DNA of 44,571 nucleotides, counting the filler, from Catajapyx aquilonaris (taxonomy: Eukaryota): the NCBI GenBank assembly GCA_000934665.2. It is 2 parts of 2 records of this genome, joined end to end, with 100 filler letters (N's around TTAATTAATTAA, not from the genome) between each part and the next. Parts side by side here need not be neighbours in the genome. Positions count along the whole stretch, not along the records: positions 21,855 to 44,571 come from JYFJ02005990.1; 1 more part is not named here. One strand, 5' to 3'. The position numbers and the translations under genes were made by a program. The stretch's first letter is position 1. Every line of letters starts with the position of its first letter. Of the stretch, positions 37,080-44,571 are shown in pieces. The notes under the pieces are model-generated. The model had not been told where the DNA came from and did not search any database. It worked only from the letters and a program-made list of their open reading frames with translations.

Positions 37080-37494
37080 ATGACAAATAAACTTACCTCT
37101 TAACAGGAATATTTATGTGAATGGTGCACTATTCTGTATAAACCGACAATCAGAAACTATCAGTTTGAAATAAATTAAGGTTGGCTCCCTGGACCTGGGC
37201 ATTCCTACACATAAAGAATTGAAGTTCTCACAGTAGTTACGTCAAAGGAAACTATCATTTTAATAGCCAGTTTTTTGACCTAGCCCGACTGAATAAAGGA
37301 TTGAATGGACAACAATGGTGCGAGGAAGTCACTGCACAGTTTCCCATAGGAGGAGAACAGATGAAGCATGATCTCGTGTGACTTGGGTGCATTTAGATGA
37401 GAAATTTTACGAGTTGTCATTAACTAGATACAAAAGAGGGTTTATGATGGCCACAGGAAATGCGCAATTTTTTATATAAAAAAACGCAGGTTAC

Positions 37495-37526
37495 TATAAA
37501 GATCAGTGTCGCACACTATGTCATTG
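37495..37526 (+). promoter_or_regulatory. TATA box plus initiator-like element of gene J (equivalents at 39595 for K and 41647 for L)
   Basis: CTATAAAGAT is conserved in all three paralogs. TCA(T/C)TGTCAC follows 26 nt after the TATA in J and K and 35 nt after it in L, then GAGCAACATG at the start codon. Confidence 0.7.
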
Positions 37527-37551
37527 TCACGGCTGACGACATCAGAGCAAC

Positions 37552-38004
37552 ATGAAGGGTTTGCTCTTGATGTCTCTGGTTCTGATCGCCATTCAGTCTG
37601 TGGTCCATGCGCAGGGCGAGGAGGGTAAGGTCGGTATTGCCTAATCAAAATACTCCCAAAATATGAGAATAATATTTTTTCCTCTTATTAATTTTCTCAC
37701 AAGTGTTTGCTATTACTTGTAGTGTCCAGAGCAAAGAGTGATATCTTCCGTGCTTGCGAGTTGCATGAACAGAAAACCCCGAACTAAGCGAGGATTACCA
37801 CCCGAAATGGCCGCGAAATTTACTCCTGTAAGTTGGAAATCTCTAAAGCCCATGCCTTTATAATCAGATTAATATTATATATATAATAATTAATAATATA
37901 TATCATTATAAATTCCAGTGCTCCCTCAAGTGCCTAATGAAAAGGTTGAACCTGGTAAGGCCTACTGGATGTGAACATTTTGCACCACTTCTAATAACAA
38001 TAGC

Positions 38005-38090
<86 letters not shown>

Positions 38091-38374
38091 GTCATTAAGC
38101 TTGACGGCAATGGTCGCATGCTGAAGGAGAAAGCATTGGCACTGATGGACGACTGCAGCAAACAGTACAAAATGTTCGAGGATGTACTGAAGCAGGCTAT
38201 GGCGTGTGCCGATGCACATGGTAACAATTAACAGGACAATATATTGTACCTTCAGTTACGAGTACTAACATTGCGTTCGTTTCATTTTCAGCCGAGGAGG
38301 TAGACGGGAATGAAAAGGACCCCTGCCCTTCCTTCCGGGGCTACAGAAGCTGCGTATTTGATGTGCCCAACTGA
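37552..38374 (+). CDS. OBP-like gene J, secreted 8-Cys protein with an internal RTKR site, 140 aa, 5 exons
   Basis: Exons 37552-37629, 37723-37827, 37919-37954, 38100-38220, 38292-38374. Protein: MKGLLLMSLVLIAIQSVVHAQGEEGKCPEQRVISSVLASCMNRKPRTKRGLPPEMAAKFTPCSLKCLMKRLNLLDGNGRMLKEKALALMDDCSKQYKMFEDVLKQAMACADAHAEEVDGNEKDPCPSFRGYRSCVFDVPN. TATAAA at 37495. Confidence 0.9.
38005..38090 (+). repeat. (TTA)n microsatellite, gene J intron 3
   Basis: Directly visible. Confidence 0.97.
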
Positions 38375-39020
38375 ACTTTGTGTAACAAGAAGAAGGATAA
38401 AAGCGGATAAAATAATTATGTAAACCTAATTATAAAGTACAGCGGGACCCACCAATATTACGCCAACTGCAATCATTACAGCCTCCTGTAACCAGCATAT
38501 ACTGAGAGCTAATAAACTATTTTTATCAGCATGCGAATGGATTTCACTAGCCAAGCAAATCATGAAGCTACAGCTCACTGTTTTATCCATAGAGTGCAAT
38601 TTTATCAAAGCGGTTTTATCACAGTTTCAACAATAGCAGTAGTGATGATTTACGATGGTCAGTAAAGAAAAAGACAAACAGACTAATGAATAAATAACTA
38701 AATAACTACATTAGACAGAAAGGAAGGAAGAAATCAAATGATTTGGATTCTGGAGGAAACAATTATTCTGAATTATCCTAAAAATTGCACAATTAAAATG
38801 GAGAATTTATCCCTTCAATATGGTCGCTGATGGGAATTACAAAAATATATTCTAAACCTACATGACTGCCATGAAATTCTTATTGTTCAATAAAATAAAT
38901 AATTATTGCACTATAAAGGCGTGGCCTGCACAAAAATGATGTGGTCAAGTGAGTCACATTGGCAAAATATTGTCACGTAATTGACCACATAATCAGGGAA
39001 CAATCAGGGAACAATGCTGT

Positions 39021-39264
39021 ATTGAGATAACAGCTAGTTCTAAGCAATTTTCTGCTTTATTTCCCGTGCCTCTCTCGATGCTTGCTGGATAAATTGGAAC
39101 CTGGTGAGTACTATACTCTGGGAGTAACCTGCAAATTTTTATCGCAAAGAGAAAAATTAATATTGCACTTTTGCGTCGGTTCAATATTGGCTAAATTATT
39201 GCTTCGGATTAACTGTGACGTTGGCTTTTTTAAAGCTGCATGAAAAAGGTCCGACTTGTGCAAT
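39021..39264 (+). pseudogene. Pseudogenic fragment of a gene-I duplicate
   Basis: Homologous to about 36272-36505. The micro-exon copy 39067-39103 (CLSRCLLDKLE...) has its acceptor changed from AG to CG and a 1-nt insertion (37 nt). The next intron is retained. The next exon is cut after about 29 nt (39236-39264) and fused to sequence homologous to the gene-J upstream region (37170 onward). Confidence 0.85.
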
Positions 39265-39651
39265 AAATTAAGGTTGGCTCCCTGGACCTGCTGGATATTC
39301 CTATAGATACACATAGAAATGCAGTTCTCACACTAGTTACGTCAAAGGAAACCATCATTTTAATGGCCAGTTTTTTTGACCTAGCCCGACTGAATAAAGG
39401 ATTGAATGGACAACAATGGTGCGAGGAAGTCACTGCACAGTTTCCCAGAGAACAGGTGCAACATGATCTCGTGTGACTTGGATGCATTTAGGTGTCGAAA
39501 TTTTACGAGTTGTGATTAACAAGATGCAAAAGAGGGTTTGTGATGGCCACAGGAAGTGCGCAATGGTCGCATTTAAAAAAGAAGCCCAGGTTACTATAAA
39601 GATCAGTGTCGCACACAATGTCATTGTCACAGCTGACGACATCAGAGCAAC

Positions 39652-40065
39652 ATGAAGTGTTTGCTCATAATGTCTCTGGTTCTGATCACCATTCAGTCTG
39701 TTGTCCATGCACAGGATGAGGAGGGTAAGGTCGGTATTGCCTAATCAAAATACTCCCAAAATATCAGTATAATATTTTCCTCTTTCGTAGTGTCCAGAGC
39801 AAAAAGTGTTAACGAACGTGTTTGCGGGATGCATGAGCAGAAAACCCCGAACTAAGCGAGAAATACCTCCCGACGTAACCGAGAAATTTACTCCTGTAAG
39901 TTGGAAATCTCTAAGCCCATGCCTTTATAATCAGATTAATAATATATTATTAATATAATATATATAATTATTCCAGTGCGTCCTCAAGTGCTCAATGAAA
40001 AGGTTGAAACTGGTAAGGCTTGTTGGATGTAACATTCTGAACCATTTCTAATATAACATTGAGTC

Positions 40066-40140
<75 letters not shown>

Positions 40141-40437
40141 GCTTGACGACAATGGTCGCATGCTGAAGGAGAGAGCATTGGCAATATTGAACGACTGCAG
40201 TAAACAGTACAAAATGTTCGAGGAAGTACTGAAACTGGTCATCGTGTGCATCGAAAGACATGGTAACAATATTAATTGGACAATAAATAATTATTTTACC
40301 TTCAGTTACTAGTGCTATTAAACATTGCGTTCGTTTCATTTTCAGCCGAGGAGTTAGACGGGAATGAAAAGGACCCCTGCCCTTCCTTCAGGGGCTTCAG
40401 AGACTGCGTAGTTGATGTGGCCAACGAAGCCCTTTAA
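39652..40437 (+). CDS. OBP-like gene K, recent paralog of J, internal RTKR site, 143 aa, 5 exons
   Basis: Exons 39652-39729, 39791-39895, 39977-40012, 40142-40262, 40346-40437. Protein: MKCLLIMSLVLITIQSVVHAQDEEGKCPEQKVLTNVFAGCMSRKPRTKREIPPDVTEKFTPCVLKCSMKRLKLLDDNGRMLKERALAILNDCSKQYKMFEEVLKLVIVCIERHAEELDGNEKDPCPSFRGFRDCVVDVANEAL. TATAAA at 39595. Confidence 0.9.
40066..40139 (+). repeat. (TTA)n microsatellite, gene K intron 3
   Basis: Directly visible; it abuts the acceptor AG. Confidence 0.97.
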
Positions 40438-41710
40438 CAAGAAGCTGATATAATTATTATGTAAACCTGATTATAAAATACAGCGGGACCCACCAATATT
40501 ACGCCAACTGCAATAATTACCAGCACACTGTGATAGCCAATAAAGTCGTTTATCAAACAATATAATATGATTTCACTCACAAGCAAATGTGGGTTCATCA
40601 TGAAGCTACAAAGGATGGCTCACTGCTTTATCAAAGTTTCAACAATAGCGTATAGTGGGTTAAGATGGTCAGTAAACAAACAAACAGACAGACAGACGAA
40701 TGATTAAATAACTAAATAAAGAAATAAAAAGAAAGAAGTTCAATGCTTTTGATTATGGAGGAAACAAGATTATTTTAAATTATCCTAAAAATGCACAATT
40801 TACTTACTGGTGGTGTGTTATACGATGGTTAGTAAACAAATAAACAAACAAACAAATTCAATGTTTTGGATTATGGAGGAAAAAATTATTATAAATTATC
40901 CTAAAAATTTGACAATTATTAAAATAAAGAATTTAGCCCTTCAATATTGCTCATTGGAATGACTTAAAATTTATTCTGAACCAATAAATGATGCAATGAA
41001 ATTATTATTGTTCAATAAAATAAAAATTGCACTAAAGGCGTGGCCTGCACAAAAATGATGTGGTCAGTCACATTGGCAAATATTGTCACGTTATTGGCCA
41101 CATAATAATCAGGGAATATCGGCAACAATGCTGTATATTGGTTGCTAGATAATTTTTTATGAGCGCAACCGAATGCGCACTTGCGTTTGTACAAAAATCA
41201 TCTTTAGGAGGCATATTTTCGTACATCGCTCAGCACCAATCTGTGTAAATTGACACATTCCTAAACCTAATTATCATTATGTAATTATTTTAGGTTTGCT
41301 CACTGATATGTACAAAATATCTGTACGTATAGCCACTAATACGATGCGAAGTTCTCACAGTAGTTGCACAACAGGAAACTATAATTTTAAACGCGTTTTT
41401 TGACATATAGCGACCGGTCTGGATGGCTAACGCCCGACTGAATAAGGATTCCACAGGAATAACGACACTGGACAACAATGGTGTCGAGGAAGGTCCGACT
41501 GCAACAGATTCGCATCGAATAGATCCTCATCGCGTGCGACTTTTTCGTTACCATTAGGCGTCGAAATCCCCTCTGGGTTACGAGATGGCGTCTAATTCGA
41601 TGACCACAGGAAGTCCGCAATCGTCACGCTTGTCCTTCCCTCCGACTATAAAGATGCAGGGAGTGACCACACAACCGGTTATCACTGTCACCAGACGACA
41701 TCTGAGCAAC

Positions 41711-42064
41711 ATGAAGGTCTTGCTCCTAACAGCTCTGGTTCTGATCGCCATCCAGTCTGTAGTAGTAGTCCATGCACAGGATGATAATAAGGTCTGTAAT
41801 GCCTATTCTTGTTCCGGACAGTACTGTGTTGTAACACATTGTTTTAGTGCCCAGATAAACAGGTGGTTATGAGCGTGGTGGGGGGTTGCTTCGCCACAGG
41901 CGGCCGAAGGAAGCGAAACATGCCTCCAGAGATGGCAGAGAGGATCACTCCTGTAAGTGTTAGCCTTTAATTTAATTTATATTTCATTAAAATAATGCAT
42001 GTCCTCGTAATAATTTCAGTGTGTCGTCAAGTGCATCATGCAGGGTCTGAATCTGGTAATTATT

Positions 42065-42142
<78 letters not shown>

Positions 42143-42432
42143 GTTCGACTCCANCTCCAGTAACAAAATGCCGAAGGAAAGAGGATTGGCCATATTGGAC
42201 GACTGCATGACACAATACCCAATGTTCGCCCCTATCCTGGAGAAGGCCAAGGAGTGCGTCGCAACTCATGGTAACAATATATTAACTGGACAATAGAACC
42301 TTCAGATGCGACTTGTAATATTGCGTGAATTATTTTTTTTCAGCCGATAGTTTAGATGGAAAAGATAAGGAGCCCTGCCCAACCTTCAGTCCCTTCAGAG
42401 AGTGTTTAATCAAGGCAGTCATGGGAGGTTAA
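41711..42432 (+). CDS. OBP-like gene L, paralog of J/K, internal RRKR site, about 143-145 aa, 5 exons
   Basis: Exons 41711-41791, 41848-41952, 42020-42055, 42144-42270, 42344-42432. Protein: MKVLLLTALVLIAIQSVVVVHAQDDNKCPDKQVVMSVVGGCFATGGRRKRNMPPEMAERITPCVVKCIMQGLNLFDS(XS)SNKMPKERGLAILDDCMTQYPMFAPILEKAKECVATHADSLDGKDKEPCPTFSPFRECLIKAVMGG. The CTCCA-N-CTCCA at 42149-42159 looks like an assembly-join duplication (in frame, +6 nt versus J/K). TATAAA at 41647. Confidence 0.88.
42066..42142 (+). repeat. (TTA)n microsatellite, gene L intron 3
   Basis: Directly visible; the last unit forms the TAG acceptor. Confidence 0.97.
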
Positions 42433-42717
42433 CAATCTGTTAAAATATATAACGTCAACCTAATTATAACACAACATGCGGTACCCACCAATATTATATG
42501 CCACAGGACTTACTTCCACTTGTAACCAGCAAATTGAGAGCCAATAAAGTTCTTCATCAAACATTACAATGGATTTCACCTACCACTGAAACAATGTGGC
42601 TACAAAGCAACAAAACTAACCCAATAAAAATCTACAGTCCAACAATGGAGTTCACGTTCTAGCATTACTAGGAGGGAGAAGTGACAATATATTGCTCACT
42701 TCCATTTTATTAATAAC

Positions 42718-43028
42718 TAGAGTCCGGATTTTTAGGCGCAAAAAACCCCTGAAATATGCACGAAAAAAACGGTCAGGAATAGGCCCAAAAGTGTCGAAAT
42801 TGCTTCAAACACTTTAAAAAAACTATCCCAAAAGAGGCCAAATAGGCATGAATCATAGGAGCAAAAAGGCAGAATAGGCAAAATAGTTCCCAAAACCACA
42901 AAATATGCAATTTTATGCACTATGAAACATCTTGCACCTATGAAACGGATGATAGATCTCTTCACAAAACCATCCCAACTATACTAAGGAACTAAATATG
43001 CAATGTATGTCTTAAAATCCGGACATTA
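42718..43028. mobile_element. MITE (311 bp)
   Basis: TIRs TAGAGTCCGGATTTT and AAAATCCGGACATTA. Flanking 8-mers TTAATAAC (42710-42717) and TTAATAAA (43029-43036) match 7/8 as a TSD. Internal AAATATGCA and AATAGGC repeats. Confidence 0.75.
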
Positions 43029-43126
43029 TTAATAAACTAGCAGTATAATCCCGCTTAGCATTTAAATGCCAGGAAATTCAACATTAGCACAAACTACATT
43101 AAAATCATCAAATTATGGGTGGAATA

Positions 43127-43192
43127 TTCGTCCCACTGCTAGTTACTGGTACTGCTAAGTTAGAAGTAGGGCCCATCTAGCAGTGGGACGAA
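43127..43192. repeat. Perfect 16-bp inverted repeat
   Basis: TTCGTCCCACTGCTAG (43127-43142) and CTAGCAGTGGGACGAA (43177-43192), with a 34-nt spacer. Confidence 0.9.
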
Positions 43193-43253
43193 GACACTGC
43201 GCTATATCTTTAACAAAAGGCAAATTTACTAAAATTTCTCCGATAATTATAAA

Positions 43254-43550
43254 CTAGCTGCGGCACCCGGCGCGCGGCGTTGCCCGGGAAGAAATGAATG
43301 AAGGGAAAACACCTGCCAGTAGCCCCGTCAACTGTCTGTCTTTGTGTGTCCGGCCACCAATGCCATCTGTGGTCCTGCACCTTCAACCTCTCCCGCCTGT
43401 ATAACGGCAACCGTCATTTGACTGCCATCTGTAGTCAACCCCCAACACCTCCATCCTCTCCCGACCTGGGGGTGGAGCACAGATGGCAGGCAAATGACGG
43501 TTGGCAGGCGGACAGACAGACAGATTCACAAACGGCTTCATTTATATAGA
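43254..43550 (-). mobile_element. Non-autonomous Helitron (297 bp)
   Basis: On the minus strand it begins TCTATATAAAT, has (CTGT)n near the 5' end and a GC-rich subterminal hairpin CCCGGGCAACGCC...GCCGGG, and ends CTAG. It sits between A and T with no TSD. Confidence 0.85.
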
Positions 43551-44480
43551 TGACTTCATAAACGCCTAATTAATTAATTTGAAATATTTGATTAAACGGT
43601 TCAACAAAAATGTTACAATAATTACAATTATTTACTATTTTAATCAAGCGATGGTAGTGGTAATTTTCCATTTGCCACTTTATTTTTATAGTTCAACCTA
43701 TTGAAGTGTCTGGTATTGCACATATCCTCACATTTTTGGATATGTCCCGGCAGCCTATGGAAATTCAATGCACCGCAACAATAGGTTGTCGCAATTGGCA
43801 ACGAAGCAGTTGCGTGCGAATCATCAGGGCAATAATTTTTAAGTGAATATTATGGCAGGTTGACACACACTACTATAACTTGTGTCAAAGCAGCTCTTTC
43901 GTGAATCCGCTTTGTCACCTTTGATGGGCGCCGCCGCCTCCAACAATTGCGTTGAAAATAAGGAGATGAAAAGCCAATAGAGAAGAGGAAGGCGCAAAAT
44001 GAATTGAACGCCCAGTAGTCCTTGGGGGCGACGTGACAACTTGTCGCGTGAATCATATCGTCTCTTGTCCGGTTTAATATAAGAGCATATATCTCCAGAG
44101 GAACACTTGCTTATTTCTGCTTCTCCTGGTATTTCCCAGCAATCGTAAGAGACGTGCTAACAATGCTCAGGGCAACAATTCTCTTCTCGGTGATCCTGGT
44201 GCTCGCGTACGGGCAGGATAAGGTTAGTGCTAACCTTCTGACCTCACAATAATCTGTGTCATTATAAAAGGCACGGTTTGTTTGCTTGTCCAGGTTTTGG
44301 TATCCCTGGCAACCCGGTTTCCCTGCGGCAGCTTGTTGAAAAAATATTTTGTACTGATATTGCAAAAACAATAATTTTTTTCCAGAAAAGTATGGGGCTT
44401 AGCCAAGGAGCATAATTATACTACATAAGAGCGCAAACATTCGATTTCCGCGTTTCTCTGTTTGGGGCGTTCCCAAGGCT

Positions 44481-44556
44481 GGCGGCCATCTTGAAGTGTG
44501 GGGAACGCCAACGAGGTATAAATAGGGTGCAGGCAAAAATAGGGTCCGCCATCTTT
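44481..44556. promoter_or_regulatory. CpG-rich promoter-like region with two YY1/Pho-type GCCATCTT motifs and a TATAAATA
   Basis: CGGCCATCTT at 44483-44492, TATAAATA at 44517-44524, CCGCCATCTT at 44546-44555. Confidence 0.45.
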
Positions 44557-44571
44557 GATTCGCGCGCGTTC

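Larger units (their letters stand above)
37170..41135 (+). repeat. Recent segmental tandem duplication (J unit about 37170-39020; K unit about 39262-41135)
   Basis: Upstream regions, introns and about 600 bp of downstream sequence align between J and K (e.g. AAATTAAGGTTGGCTCCCTGGACCTG; TAAAGGCGTGGCCTGCACAAAAATGATGTGGTCA). The upstream region of L (about 41349-41710) is a more diverged third copy. Confidence 0.9.

Noticed and set aside
37625..37630. Stronger-looking donor G|GTAAGG in exon 1 of J (and K)
   Set aside because: It gives phase 1 and breaks the frame of exon 2. The phase-0 donor AAG|GTCGGT matches AAG|GTCTGT in paralog L.

Overview
This is eukaryotic, AT-rich, intron-containing DNA, most likely from an insect or other hexapod. 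It is made of two pieces joined by an artificial 100-bp spacer (44 N + TTAATTAATTAA + 44 N, 21755-21854). The left part (1-21754) has no intact gene I can support. It is a graveyard of decayed mobile DNA: a hAT BED-finger remnant, a non-LTR RNase H remnant, an RTE/BovB-type 5' motif, a Charlie/Buster-type hAT end, and several dispersed duplicated segments. The right part (21855-42432) is a dense, all plus-strand tandem array of 12 spliced genes (one 5'-truncated at the gap) plus one pseudogene fragment. I reconstructed them by hand from splice sites; the ORF track shows only fragments. All encode small (about 122-157 aa) proteins, with a signal peptide in the 11 complete genes, carrying the odorant-binding protein (OBP, PBP/GOBP-fold) cysteine signature C2-X3-C3...C4...C5-X8-C6, and all share an invariant 36-nt exon starting at C2. 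The family is atypical. Seven members have only 5-12 aa between the presumed C1 and C2. Three alternative cysteine sets (6-Cys and two different 8-Cys) coexist. The three youngest paralogs carry a positionally conserved furin-type R-X-K-R site in the C1-C2 loop, which suggests two-chain, disulfide-linked pro-OBPs; two of them show a strong excess of amino-acid-changing substitutions. The window ends with a MITE, a non-autonomous Helitron and a YY1/TATA promoter-like region. Family assignment comes from motif recognition only; no database search was run.
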